The notes under the pieces were generated by a model. It saw nothing but the letters and a program-made list of their open reading frames with translations. It had not been told where the DNA came from and did not search any database. A stretch of 64,000 bases of DNA, from positions 47,926,001-47,990,000 of the forward strand of contig NC_043015.1 in NCBI RefSeq assembly GCF_006345805.1. The letters run 5' to 3'. Source of the stretch: Octopus sinensis (Eukaryota). Positions 12,694 to 26,947 of this stretch are shown here, piece after piece (positions within the stretch are counted from its first letter, which is position 1; every line of letters begins with the position of its first letter). Both the position numbers and the translations under genes were made by a program.

Positions 12694-12999
12694 GTAAGTT
12701 GTTTGTTTTTCAGTGTTCACTTGTGGACTGTCTCTTTTCGTGTTATCTTTCTGTTCCATCAGAAGCGCATTCTTGAATGTCAACCTGTCTTTTTAAATAT
12801 TTATCTCTTTATTGCCCACAAGGGGTTAAACATAGATGGGACAAACAAGGACAGACAAAGGGATAAAGTCGATTACATTGACTCCAGTGTGTAACTGGTA
12901 CTTATTTAATTGACCTTGGTGGAATTTGAACTCAGAACGTAACGGCAGATGAAATACCGCTAAGCATCTCACCCGGCATGCTAATGATTCTTCCAACTC

Positions 13000-13520
13000 A
13001 ATGAAGTGTCTTGAATGTCAATGTGTTCCTTAAATGTCAATGGGGTTTTTTGAATGTCAAAATGTTTTCTTGAATGTCAGTGTATTTTTAGGATGTCAAA
13101 ATGTCTTCATGGATGTCAAAGTGTCTTCATGACTATTGAAATGTCTTCTTGAATATTTATTTCTTTATTGCCCACAAGGGGCTAAACATAGAGAGGACAA
13201 ACAAGGACAGACAAAGGGATTAAGTCAATTACATTGACCCCAGTGCGTAACTGGTACTTAATTTATTGACCCCAAAAGGATGAAAGACAAAGTCAACCTT
13301 GGTGGAATTTGAACTCAAAATGTAGCGGCAGACGAAATACTGCTAAGCATTTCGCCCATGTCTTCTTGAATGTCAAAGTGTCTTCTTGAATTCAAAATGT
13401 TTTCTTTGATGTCAATGTCTTTTTTGGATGTCAAAATGTCTTCTTGAATGTCAAAATGCATTCTTGAGTGTAAAAGTGTATTCTTAAATATTGAAGTGTA
13501 TTCTTGAATGCCAAAATGTA
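13000..13520. repeat. Degenerate 21-22 bp minisatellite (AATGTCTTCTTGAATGTCAA)n, interrupted by SINE B
   Basis: Repeated tcttgaatgtcaa units. Confidence 0.8.
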
Positions 13521-13889
13521 TTTCACAGAGATCCCTCTGGGGTAAAATGTATTATATCTAACCCACAGAATATGTCTGGTACTATATTTTATGACCTGCA
13601 ATATTTAATGGCCAGGTATTCTTAGTGTTTCAGGAAAAAAAAAACTTGCAGTATTTGATTATGTCCCTTTAATTTCTATGTTCAAAACTCATTGAAATCA
13701 ACTTTACTTTTTATCCTTTGGGTGGGATCCACTGAATAAATTATTATCAATATTAATTGTAGTAGTAGTAGCAGTAGCAGCAGCAGTAGTGTGGTGGTGT
13801 TGGTGGTGGTTTTAAATTTTGGTACAAAATGACTGTATCACTTGTTTGTAATAATAAAATTTGAAAAACACGTTTCTCTCTCAAAACAG

Positions 13890-14056
13890 GAATATGCTGA
13901 CAAACTGAAGGAAACTGGAGTTCATGGAGCACTAATTGTTATGGAACCATCATTTACTGCAGAGACGCTTGCAACAGCATTAGGAATCCCTCCATCTAAA
14001 TCTTATGTCCGGCGTCATCTTGTTTCAGAACTTGAAGCCCTTATAAAGCCTGCAAG
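13890..14056 (+). CDS. KAZN: Kazrin-like exon, SAM3 (EYADKLKETGVHGALIVMEPSFTAETLATALGIPPSKSYVRRHL)
   Basis: aacag acceptor, ag|gttagt donor, phase 0-2; GVHGA..LGIP..K...RRHL liprin/kazrin SAM3 motif. Confidence 0.95.
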
Positions 14057-14727
14057 GTTAGTATATCATCATCATCGTTTAACGTCCATTCTCCATGCTA
14101 GCATGGGTTGGACGGTTCGAACGGGGATCTGGGAAGCCAGAAGGCTGCACCAGGCTCCAGTCTGATCTGGCAGTGTTTCTAAAGCTGGATGCCCTTCCTA
14201 ACGCCAACCACTCCGTGAGTGTAGTGGGTGCTTTTTATGTGCCACCTGTTTACAGTTCCTGATGTTTAGGTTTCTCATGGTAAAAAAACCCATGAAAACC
14301 ACTCCTTTCTCCATACTACGTATTATCTTTATGAATACCATGTATTGCTATTCTTCCTAATTTTTTGCTCTCCATGTGGCCTGTGGTAAACCAGTGGAAA
14401 AATTTAAGGATATGTTAAGAATACTCATATCATTGAGGAAACCGCTTGGTATTTAAGACCCAGGTGAATCCTGACCGAGGAGATTCTTTTACTCTTTTAC
14501 GTGTTTCAGTCATTTGACTGTGGCCATGCTGGACCACCACCTTTAGTTGGGCAAATCGACCCCAGGACTCATTCTTTGTAAGCCTAGTACTTGTTCTATT
14601 GGTCTCTTTTGCCGAACTGCTAAGTTATGGGGACGTAAACACACCAGCATCGGTTATCAAGCAATGGTGGGGGAGACAAACACAGACACACAAACATATA
14701 TACACACATACATGTGTATATATATAT

Positions 14728-14776
<49 letters not shown>

Positions 14777-15049
14777 GTGTGTGTGTGTATGTGACACATA
14801 CACACACACAATGGGTTTCTTTCAGTTTCCATCTACCAAATCCACTCACACGGCTTTGTTTGGCCCAGAACTGTACTAGGAGACATTTGCCCTAGTTGCC
14901 ATGCAGTGGGACTGAACCTGAAACTATGAGGTTGAGAAGTACACCTCTTACCACACAGCCACACTACTTATTATAGATCACATTGTACAGATCTTAATGA
15001 CTTGGTTATTAACTTTAATCAATTAGTTAATCTATATTTTCCATTTCAG

Positions 15050-15179
15050 AGAGGAGCTAGAAATTACAGGTCTAAAAAGAAAATCCGGTGGAGGATCACT
15101 TGGTCGATCTTTTACTCGATCTTTCCGCTCTACCACAAGTATTGATGATCTCACTCCCAAACCTCGAATGAGCATTAGG
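15050..15179 (+). CDS. KAZN: Kazrin-like exon, post-SAM tail (EELEITGLKRKSGGGSLGRSFTRSFRS...RMSIR)
   Basis: tttcag acceptor, agg|gtaaga donor, phase 2-0 consistent with neighbours; open frame. Confidence 0.8.
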
Positions 15180-16228
15180 GTAAGATATTATTCTTCATTA
15201 TCAGTCATTGTAAAGCTATATTTTTATCAAGGTCATAGTAGAGGCAGTAAAAAGTATTTGTTTCTAGTCATGGTAGACTAGAAATAAGTAACATTATTTG
15301 TGCGATGGTGTTGCTTGTATACAGCCATCACATGATGCCAAGACAAGGTATATGCAAGCACACACTCCTCATCGTTGTCATCATCGTTTAACGTCCACTT
15401 TCCATGCTGGCATGGGTTGGACATTTTGACTGAGGGCTGGAAAGCTGGGAGGCTGTACCAGGCTCCAATCTGATTTGGCAAGGTTTCTACAGCTTGATGG
15501 CCTTCCTAATGCCAACCACTCCAACGGTGTAATGGGTCCTTTCTACATGCCACTGGTACGAGGGCCAGTCAGGAGGTACTGGCAATGACCATGCTCCAAT
15601 GGTGCCTTTTATGTACCACTGGCACAGGAGCCAATCAGGTGACACTGGCAAGGACCATGCTCAAATGGTGCTTTTTACATGCCACCAGCACAGGAGCTAG
15701 TCAGGCGGTACTGGCATCAGCCACAACAATGATTTCACTTGACTCAAGAGGTCTTTTCATGCACAGTTTATTGCCCAATGATTGAAATATATATATATAT
15801 AAACGTTTATATATTTGTTTTGCAAGATTCTTGATGTGAAATCGTGTGTTGCAACAGATATTGTTGTATTTAGGAATGGTCATGTTGCCAGTTTAGTCAA
15901 TCTGGCCAAAATAAGATTAAGATTAATGTAAAAAATAAATAGAGCTGAAGCAAATTAACACCAAATATATAGTGCGTGTGTTTTTATTGGCTAAACTGTC
16001 AAAATGACTGGTTACTTTTCCCTTAAGGTAAGATCAACAAAAAAATGTACTCCATCCAGTGAGTGATAAATATTGTTTAATGTACATTGTTTATAGTTTG
16101 AGCTACTAATAGTTTCATACATTGGAGATATTTTCTAGGCAGGTTTTAATAACATGCCTAGTGTCTCAAAGTTATCTTTGGGCTCTGAGCACATGTTTTA
16201 AAAAGTTCTTTTTTCCTCTTTTCTCTAG

Positions 16229-16390
16229 GGATCCCTTGGGAAAGCATTCAGTCGGAAAAGCAAACACTTTGAATCTAAGGATAACAATAGTATTGACACA
16301 CCAGTAAGCATTAAGCAAAAAATCATGGATCCAGCAGCAACACAACAAAACCAATCAAGTCCTCTTGATTTCTCATCTACAGCCGTGTGA
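16229..16390 (+). CDS. KAZN: Kazrin-like terminal coding exon (GSLGKAFSRK...DFSSTAV*)
   Basis: Long pyrimidine tract plus ctag acceptor; phase 0; stop TGA at 16388-16390; GSLG motif echoes the previous exon. Confidence 0.78.
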   Translation, partial: GSLGKAFSRKSKHFESKDNNSIDTPVSIKQKIMDPAATQQNQSSPLDFSSTAV

Positions 16391-19300
16391 TAGTGTCAAA
16401 GGCAGGCTATCAAATTCATGTGCAATTCTTTAATCCTTTCTACTTGTTACAGCAAAATTAAAACTAGTAGCTAAGTTCTAAGATAACCAACATTTTGTTA
16501 GACCCAAAGCTGTTCTTTTTTCTTTTTTTTTTTGGCCACATTTTTAGTTTGTTATATTCTTTCAACTTGAAATATTTATAACCAATATGAGAACTAATAA
16601 ATACCATGAGCTGATAGCAATATTTAACCCTCTGTCTGTCCTGTGTATCATATGCGATACACACACCAAGTTTCCCTGGCGTCCATGCATCATACATGAT
16701 ATGCATTCCCAAATTTTTTCAACCATAGAGTAACTTGGAAAGCTTTATATTACTGAGAATGTATAAAACAAGGGCCAACTAAAAGTCTGAGATCAAGCAT
16801 GGGTGTTTAGGGCAAACTTATGAAAATGCTTTTGACAGGCAAAGGGTTAACGTTTGTTATTTGGAATAATTAAAGAAGCCCATTAAATTAATACCAGAGC
16901 TAATTTTCTTGCCAATCTCATAAATCAAGCAATAATTAAGTTTTAAGCATATTTTTCCCCCGCTTTTTTTATAATCCCAAATATATTCTGAGACAAAACA
17001 CAGATTTATTTTAATCTTAGAATTTTAAACATTGCAAAATATCTTTTGCTTTTGTTGAAGATAAATTTTATTTCCATATATAAGGGTTTATTAACCATTT
17101 ATTGAAGATATCTTGTAGTAAATTCATATATCTCTCGACAAAATTTATAAAAGAACATAAAATATTCCAAGATTGTGATGAAACAGAATATAAGAGAAAC
17201 TGCAAATAAATATAGGGATAATTAAAATTTCTTGGAAAATATCACTTAAGGAATAATTATGAGAAAATTACCTTTAGAGGAAAATTCTTATTTATATATA
17301 TAAATATGTTTATATTTAAATTTTTAAACACAATTTTAAACATCAGAAAATTTCTTCATGTTTTCAAACTTATTAATGAACATTTTTAGATTACAGAAAT
17401 GCTCAAAAAATCTGCAGGTGAAAGTTGCAACAGAACAGGATACATCCATTCAGTCAGTGGTTCTTTTTAAGTCCATTTTTTCAAGCTAGCTTATGGTTTA
17501 GATGAATATATAATGGCATTTATTTGTGTGTGTGTGCATATGTGTATAAATGTATATACGTGTGTGTATGCACGTATATATATATATGTATGTATTTATG
17601 TATATGTATATACACACACACACACACACATATATACCAAGAGTACTAAATGGTAAGGTATATTTCATAGTCTTTTCTAATTGTTTTTTTTTTTTCTTTA
17701 TTACAAAGAATATAGCTAACTTTGCATTTTAGACAGGTTATTCAAAACAAGATGTTTCTAACCTATATATATTTTCTTTTTACTACAAAATTCTAATTTG
17801 GAAAAATACAATGAAGTCTGTACTTCGTTGAAGAAATCAGATTAGAACCAAAAAAAAAAATATGTCTACAGTTGTCTCCCTTACGTCCTGGAAAACGAAA
17901 ATAACGTTAATCACAGTCTAAAGTTTTTTTCCGCTTTCTATATTTATTTCTGGTTATTATTGGTCTTTTAAAGATATTAGCAATTACTCTGCCTGCTTGG
18001 CTGAAAAATGTCATCTTTCTGTATGGTAATTTAGTCATTGCTATGAGCAAGTTGTGTAGTGTTTTTTGTTTCAAGTCCATTCTTCACAATTTAGTATAAA
18101 ACAATGTTTTTCTCTTTCTGATGATCCAATCAAAGTGAAGCTAATTGCTAAGTAATTTCGTTCACATTCGTCTTCAGTGTTTTTGGCTTCTTCATGTATA
18201 ATGTACACATTATGGGTGAACACAAGCAAAATTCAATATCATTAGCAATTAGCACTTGGACTGCTTTGAAAGGATTATTGACTTGTTCACTATTTCTTTC
18301 ATCTGTTATAAGAAAGGAAATGAGAGAATAACAAAGGGATGATGTAAGTACAGAAGATCAGTTAAGCATTGAAACCTCGTGTGTAAATGAAAATGGTGAT
18401 GAAAGATGAAGCCTGTATGAGCTAAAAACTCACCTAAATTTTCGATGATATTTTTGTTTACACAGTTTTTTTCTTTGTTTTAAACATAGATAAATATATG
18501 TAGTGTGCTTCAGGGTAACTATTACTGGGGAGATAATCTCTTTTTGATTCAGTTAAATTGAGGTGGATTTTAAAAGTTTGGAATTTATATCAAAAAGTAA
18601 AAAAGAAGGTGTATACAGCGTACACATTTTTTTCTGCGTATTATAAAGTTCTTAAAGTTTCTATTTGTTGGTAGCCATGTGTAGCACCATTTCATCTTTC
18701 TCTGAACTCATCAGCATGGCTTAACTTAAGACAAAAAAATTAAACTGAATTCAACATTTCACAAGGTTAAACATATAGTTTTCTTAGAGACCTGAAGTAC
18801 CTGAAATTTAAAACCATTATTATTATTTTTATCATCATCGGCATCAGGAAGACTGGCTGAGGTGATAAATGCTGTGTTGTGTTATTTAGTTATACATTGT
18901 TACATAGTGAGTTCAAATACTACAAGGGACTTCTTGGTTGTTCATCACTCTGGGATTAATGAAATAAATACCAGTAAAATACAGGGGTAAATTTAATTCA
19001 TGACTGTGTAGCAATGTTAGAAATCTATAGTGTTAGGTAATAGATAGCAGAATCAGTGGATCACTAGACAAAATGTCATACAATAACCATTATGCGGTTC
19101 AAATCCTGTTGGAGTCAACATGATAAGTAGCAAGGAAATAGTGGGGTGGAAATCATTCTTGTTATATTCTTGAAAAAAGATACATTATCACCATTTTCAG
19201 TGTTTATATTGGTATATACATATAATTATATATCAGAATATACATTTTTTATATATCAGTATACATACATTGTGTATGTATATATATATATATATATATA

Positions 19301-20104
19301 TATCAGTACATAAATTATCATATATCAGTATATGCACTCTGTTGTTTTTCTAGTTGATTGTTTATTGGGTGAATTGCTCTCCCAACATCAAATACAATAT
19401 AAGTATTATACAATATAGATATAATAATATACAGTAGAATATAAACATAGTGTAAATATGCTATAAATATTGTACAACATAAATATGATATAGTACATTA
19501 TAAATACAATATACATTTTATACAATATAGTTATAATATTTACATACAGAATTATATAAATATAGTATAATTACAATTTACATATTATATAATAATATAA
19601 ATACAATATAAATATACAATATAAATATACTAAAATATAAATCTGATATTCTAAAATGCTGACAGTATCTTTTATCTAGTTTGAAGCTTTTACCGTTTGC
19701 TTTTTTATTGAATCATATAATCTTTAGTGAAGTTAATTGGTCAATCTTTTTGACTTTGTGGTGCATAGGAGATTGAATATTAAACGACTATTGGCACATT
19801 AGTGTTTAAATAAATACAACTTCTTGGTTAAAACCAGAACATAACAAAAATAAAGTAAACATTCATTTGCTGTGTTTTCTTAATCATACAAAATTATGAA
19901 ATTATGAAATATATGTTTTTCCAAGACACTCAAGTATTAATAAAGGGTTTTCTAAAGTCTTAAATTTATATTTTTTACAAATCCATGGTTCACCTAGGCA
20001 CACATACGCACACCCTTCTGCGGTGCACAATTTGAAAACTTCTGGGTTATGGTCAGTGCCAAAATAACTGGAATGTTTGTCATTGAGGTTGTATTGAGAC
20101 AAGC

Positions 20105-20147
<43 letters not shown>

Positions 20148-21420
20148 GCAAGATATGTTAGTATATATTACTAAAACAGAGGCATTCTTCCTAGTTGCTA
20201 CTACTAGGGACATAAAACCTTTTAAATATATATAATTTGTACAACTACTGTTTTTATGATTAAAAAAAAACATTTTTTTTTTAATATCCACTGCCATCAG
20301 TCTTCATAGAAGTCTTTGCCATTTATATGCTAACTTGGATCTAGATATTCGAGAATTATTTTACTCTGATATGAGGCTACGTAGTGTGGTTATCAAAAAT
20401 TATTACTTATTAAAATACAGTTTTGAAGAATTATTATCAGGGCTGGAATTGCATTGCCCCCTCCCACTCAAAGCTTTATTACAGGACAAGCTATCACTAA
20501 AAGCTTTAAATAATCATTCCATTTCATATTACTTTTGTGCTGTTTGAGGGATGAAGCTTTACAGTAGAATAAACATGTTTTTGGGGGGTTTTTTTAAGGA
20601 GAGAAAGAGGGGTAACCTGACTTGCCAATCTGCTCTCAGCAGTTTAACTCTTTAGCATGCAAGTTACTCTGTCGAATGTAATGCTTATTGATTCACATTG
20701 TTTTGAATTAATCATGCAGAATCGTGAAGCTTTGAAATTTTGATAAAGTGGCCATTTATTTTTAAAATGACATTGTAGGGTAGGTGTGTGAGGCTGAATC
20801 TGGCCAGTTTGAACATAAAACAAGGTAGAATATTTGGGTCTGTTGTGGCTGGTTTAAATGCTAAAGGGTTAATTTCTAGAATTTAATCATCCAATATTTT
20901 GAAATATTTTGTGTTTAAGATTTTGTCATTAGTGTTTTAAGAAAATAAATATATTTTCATGATGAAATTATATACATACACCCACACACATATATATTAA
21001 AAAAAAAGAGTAAAAATGAAATTTTCAATTATTTTTTTGGTTTATATTTTCTCAATTTTCTAAACATTGTATTTCTTAAAACAAAGTATTTTTAGTAAAT
21101 TACAAAATCTGTGTGAAATAAAACAACAAAAATAATCAATACCTAGAACTTTCCAGCAATAATCAGAAAATATGTTCTCCCAGCACCTCCCTGATTTTTA
21201 CTGTCGGGGATTTCATTTTTTTTTTAATTATACATTTTTTTGTTGTTTGTTTTTTCTTTTTTTTTTTAATTGCTGTATGTATGTGTGTATATACATATGT
21301 ATTACAGTATCACAGTATCAGCCATACTATTGGATGTTGCTGTACATCGCTGGTCAGAATGCGCTTCGCATTGTTTTAGCTTTCGAATGATGCCACCCTG
21401 CTCGTTAAACGAGCAGGCCA

Positions 21421-21760
21421 ATGTACATACCTACATGTATGTATATATGTATGTGTGTATGTATATATATATATGTATATAAGTATATATGTATGTATGT
21501 AAATATGTATGTATATATGTATGTATGTATGTATATAGGTATGTATGTATGTGTATATGTATGTGTGTATGTATATATATATGTAAGTATATATGTATGT
21601 ATGTATGTATATATATGTATATAAGTATATATGTATGTATGTAAATATGTATGTATATATGTATGTATGTATATATGTATGTATGTATGTATATATATAT
21701 ATGTAAGTATATATGTATGTATGTAAATATGTATGTATATATGTATGTATATATGTATGT
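21421..21760. repeat. (TATG/TA)n microsatellite
   Basis: Direct observation. Confidence 0.95.
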
Positions 21761-22815
21761 ATTATAGAATTATTGGGTATGGTGAAAGCTGGCATCTATT
21801 TATAACAGTTACGACTATGGTTGTCGCACTATCAGGTGAATATATAATATATATGCATGGGTGTGAGCATGAAACAGTGTGGTGTTACCTGTAAGATATC
21901 TATCAAATATTGTAGTCATATTTGTTATTATTAGTTTAATATATATTCTTGTTTTACTTCTTATACAACTCTGTTGACACCTGTGTGGTTTCATTATTGT
22001 TATTACTATTCTTAAGGCGGCGAACTGGCAGAAACGTTAGCACGCCAGGCAAAATGCTTAGCAGCATTTCGCCTGTCTTTACGTTCTGGGTTCAAATTCT
22101 GCTGAGGTCGACTTTGCCTGTCATCCTTTAGGGGACCTGCAAGAGAAGTTCTAGTTGAGCACTGGAGTTAATGTAACCGACTATTTCCCTCCCCTGAACT
22201 TGCTGGCCTTGTGCCAAAATTTGAAATCATTATTATTATTATTAAGGCAAAGAGCTGGCAGAATTGTTACCAAGCCAGGCAAAATGCTTATCAGCATTTC
22301 ATCTGTCTTTACGTTCTGAGTTCAAATTCTGCCGAGGTTGACTTAGCCTTTCATCCTTTCGGAATTGATAAAATAAGTACCAGTTGAGCACTGGGGTCGA
22401 TGTAATCGTCTTATTCCCCGACCTTCCAAAAATTGCTGGCCTTGTGCCAAAATGTGAAACCAATATTAGAGATCTCAATCTCCATTCACTGCTGAGTTAA
22501 TGACTTTATTACATCATTCACAACCATACAGACTATGTACATCTTAGCTAGCAATACTTCTTCAGTCCAACCTACAAACATCTACACTGAAAGAATGTCC
22601 TTCAAAGTCTATTAAACTCACAAAAAAAATTTACAAAAAATAAGGTTGTTGGAGGAATCTAAAAACAATAGAAAAAAAAAGTCTGACTTACATGTGAATA
22701 TGGGATATTAACCCTAATGTTTGTTGTTATATGATTTTAATTTATATTTAAAAGAAAAAAAATTGTTGTAAAAATTTCTGAATCTCTCTTCCTCTCTTTG
22801 TGTATGTGAGTATGC

Positions 22816-22858
22816 ATGTATGTATGTGTATATATATATATATGTATACATAGATATG

Positions 22859-22890
<32 letters not shown>

Positions 22891-22920
22891 CGTATACTTG
22901 TACATATATATGTATACATG

Positions 22921-22954
<34 letters not shown>

Positions 22955-22994
22955 ATATATATATATGTATACATGTATATATATATATTTATAT

Positions 22995-23031
<37 letters not shown>

Positions 23032-23079
23032 ACACATATATATATATATAAAATCTCTAAACGAGATATATATATATTT

Positions 23080-23126
<47 letters not shown>

Positions 23127-23127
23127 C

Positions 23128-23161
<34 letters not shown>

Positions 23162-23185
23162 ATGTATATATATATATGTATGTAT

Positions 23186-23219
<34 letters not shown>

Positions 23220-23270
23220 GTATATATATTTGTATGTATGTATGTATATATATATTTATATTCATGTGTA

Positions 23271-23302
<32 letters not shown>

Positions 23303-23626
23303 CATGTGTATGTATATATATATTTATATTTATGTATATATATATATTTATATTTATATATATATATATTTATATTTATATGTATATATATTTATATTTA
23401 TATATTTATATATATATATATTATTTATATATATATATGTATATATTTATGTATATATATATTTATATTTATATATTTATATATATATTTATATTTATAT
23501 TTATATATATATTATATTTATATATTTATATATATATTATATTTATATATTTATATTTATATATTATATATATATTTATATTTATATATATATTTATATA
23601 TATATTTAGATTTATACATATATATT

Positions 23627-23657
<31 letters not shown>

Positions 23658-23724
23658 ATATATGTATATATTTATGTATATATATATTTATATTAATATA
23701 TTATAAATATATTTATATTTATAT

Positions 23725-23755
<31 letters not shown>

Positions 23756-23924
23756 ATATATTTATATTTATATATTTATTTTTATATATTTATATATATA
23801 TTTATATTATATATATATATTTATATATATATTTAGATTTATATATATATATTTATATATATATTTAGATTTATATATATTTATATATATATATTTATTT
23901 ATATACATATTCATATGTATGTAT

Positions 23925-23983
<59 letters not shown>
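22816..23983. repeat. About 1.15 kb (TA)n-derived low-complexity tract
   Basis: Direct observation; source of the spurious YIYI ORFs. Confidence 0.95.
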
Positions 23984-23985
<2 letters not shown>

Positions 23986-25405
23986 TTTTACACAAATATC
24001 TTGGCAGTGACTTCAAGATGTCAGCCTGCTTAGTCTTCATCAGGTTGTCCAATGAGAGAGAGTGAGATAGAGAGAGAAAGAGAGAGAGAGAAAAAAGAGA
24101 GAGAGAGAAATGAGTTTAATTTATTAATATCTCTATCCATTGTGTGTTATGTTGAAGTTATTTCTGTGTAGTATCATGTGGTGGAATACTTGTGAAGTAG
24201 CACTACTGGAACGACATTTGCTCCAGCAAAAAAAAAAATTAATAATAATACAATGTGAAGAAACCCTCACCTTCCACACTGTATGCCAAAACAAATGGTG
24301 TGGCTAATTTTAAGGTGCAGACTATTTTTCCTCAGGAGTCCCCTTGGTCTATGTTGCATGAACTCCTTGAAGTGAGGAAGTTCTGTCTACCACCTGCATT
24401 TTCAGATATTTCTGTCTGAAGCAACTGTTTCCCTAGCGACAATAATGATTGCAAGTGCATGAAAACCATGCTTGCAGAAGTCTTTGAAACATAGCTTCTC
24501 TTGTTTTGGGGTATTTTTTTCCTATTTTCTTTTTTCTTTCTTTCTTTCTCCAGTTCTCCGGAGAGTAAATATTTTACAACACAACCATGCCATCTTCCCT
24601 TCAGGAAACAAGTTGAAGTCAATGTAAAGCTCATCTTTGTTTGATGAGTTTGTACCTGGCTGGAATATTATTCTTACTTGTTCCTCCAATAGAGAGAGTT
24701 TGGCCCTGTTCCCTAGCGATCAGGTCTTTGATGATATCTATTTTTTAACTCTGGATAGCATGGTTGCAGCCTTGCCAGTTTGTGTTGAATTTGCTCTCAG
24801 CCTAGAGATTGTTATAAATTGCAGTAAACACATAAAATCAAGAACAGTCTTCATTTCAAATAAGGAATTGATCTTAGTCAAGTGAAAATAGATTCCGCTG
24901 AGTCAAGCTGCAGCTAAAGACATTTATCTTGACTACCTTCATTAAGATTATATTCTTTGTTTAATCAAATCAGAGATATTAATATAGTCATGCGTGAATG
25001 ATCGGGTTTCTTATATTAGTTTTAATGAAATGTTAATCCAAGCCTTGCCTTTTCAGACAATACGAGATACAAGATCATGTGAGCCTTCTCCAAATTATGC
25101 CACATCATTTCTTTTTTTTTAATTTCTTTTTTTTTTTTTTATATATATATATATTGTTCATTCAAACTATCTTTTGATACATATGAGATGACCGGTATTT
25201 TTACTTTATATGTACAAAATAAATTTTTTAATGATGCTGTTTAAAGTCTGTATTATTCAATATGTATATATGGGATCAAAGTTACATTTTGTAAAACATT
25301 TCTGACAGTGTAATAAAATACTGAACTGACTATGTATGACTTTGTTTATTGTTATTTTCATCATTTACAAATATCATTTTTGTAATATCTTATTTGTGAC
25401 CTTAA

Positions 25406-25626
25406 CCCTTTCATTACTGTATTTATTTTGAGATGCTCTGTGTTTCTTTCAATTGCTTTAAATATAACAAAGAATTTAGTAAGATAACTTTGTTATCATT
25501 AAGCTAGTGTTAAGAACATAAATTGTGACTAAGGTTTGGTGGAAGATTTTAATTAAAAACTTATGAAAACAAGACATTTATACAACAGAGCCAGAGCCAG
25601 TTTCAGCTGGGTTGGTAACAAAAGGA
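25406..25626. mobile_element. piggyBac-type MITE, second family (right end also at 1-81)
   Basis: TTAA TSD and CCCTTT terminus; 25549-25630 is nearly identical to window positions 1-81. Confidence 0.7.
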
Positions 25627-25680
25627 TTAACATAAAAATATACCTCATTAATGTGGCCAACTGTTTATATTTCTTGTTAA

Positions 25681-25844
25681 GCATAGGAGTGGCTGTGTGG
25701 TAAGTAGCTTGCTTACCAACCGCATGGTTCTGGGTTCAGTCCCACTGCATGGCACCTTGGGCAAGTGTCTTCTACTATAGCCTCGGAGCGACCAAAGCCT
25801 TGTGAGTGGATTTGGTAGACGGAAACTGAAAGAAGCCCGTCGTA

Positions 25845-25883
<39 letters not shown>

Positions 25884-26092
25884 TTTTGTGTGTGTCTGTG
25901 TTTGTCCCCCCAACATCGATTGACAACCAATGGTGGTGTGTTTGCGTCCCCCGTAACTTAGCGGTTCGGCAAAAGAGATCGATAGAATAAGTACTAGGCT
26001 TACAAAGAATGAGTCCTGGGGTCGATTTGCTCGACTAAAGGCGGTGCTCCAGCATGGCCACAGTCAAAATGACTGAAACAAGTAAAAGAGTA
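25681..26092 (+). mobile_element. SINE family A, plus-strand copy (others about 39778-40222, 55397-55822, 58058-58482)
   Basis: Same consensus as 3495-3891 in the opposite orientation. Confidence 0.85.
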
Positions 26093-26372
26093 ACAAATCT
26101 GAATTTCATTATTATTCTTAGTTATTTATCTGAGTCTCACTGAAGTTGGTCTACATCTGACTTAGTTTCATACAATAATGCTGGGAACAACTTAATTTAT
26201 ACCTATTAATGTGGAAAAACACACATACATAAATGTGTGTAAAATGGGTGAGTAAAATAGTTGACAACTGATGAGCGAGTTATCTTCTTTTAGTAATTTG
26301 TTGTGTACTTGTCTCTCATGTGTTTATGTATTTTTCACTCGTTGATGATGTCCTGTACTTAATGTGTATCTT

Positions 26373-26408
<36 letters not shown>

Positions 26409-26629
26409 AGTGAGTGAGTGGACAAACAAAAGGAATCGGCATTCAACACATTTAGTAGGAGTTACATAAATTATTGCTTAAAACATTAGCCCCATGTAAC
26501 TTTTGTAAGTTTTGTAGGTCTGTCACAGGAACCTATATACATACATATATATATATATTTATATAAATATATACACACACATAGGGACCTATATATATAG
26601 ATAGATACATACACACACACACACACACA

Positions 26630-26660
<31 letters not shown>

Positions 26661-26947
26661 TGGGAACCTATATATATATATATATAGGTTCCCATGTGTA
26701 TATATACATACTAATAATATTAGGGAATATAACTCCAAACTTACAGGGAAAAATTCAATTTAGTATTAAATCAAATTTCACAATATAAATATATAATATA
26801 TATAAATTAGAGAAAAACTTCTATTATGTAATTCAAACAAAGATAGGCATAAACCAAATCATAAAGAAAAAATAAAATATATTATAAAACATATAACTAG
26901 ATCACAAAAAGTACAAAAAATGAATAAACAATATGTAATAAGTAAAA

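Noticed and set aside
18690-18720. Minus-strand CTGATGA...GAAA
   Set aside because: Stems I, II and III do not pair convincingly; likely chance.
22714-24052. Long ORFs (up to 338 aa) rich in Y and I
   Set aside because: Translations of (TA)n/(TATG)n microsatellite; not coding.
26260-26360. CTGATGAG at about 26268 as another hammerhead
   Set aside because: No matching stem II closure with GAAA and no stem I partner found.
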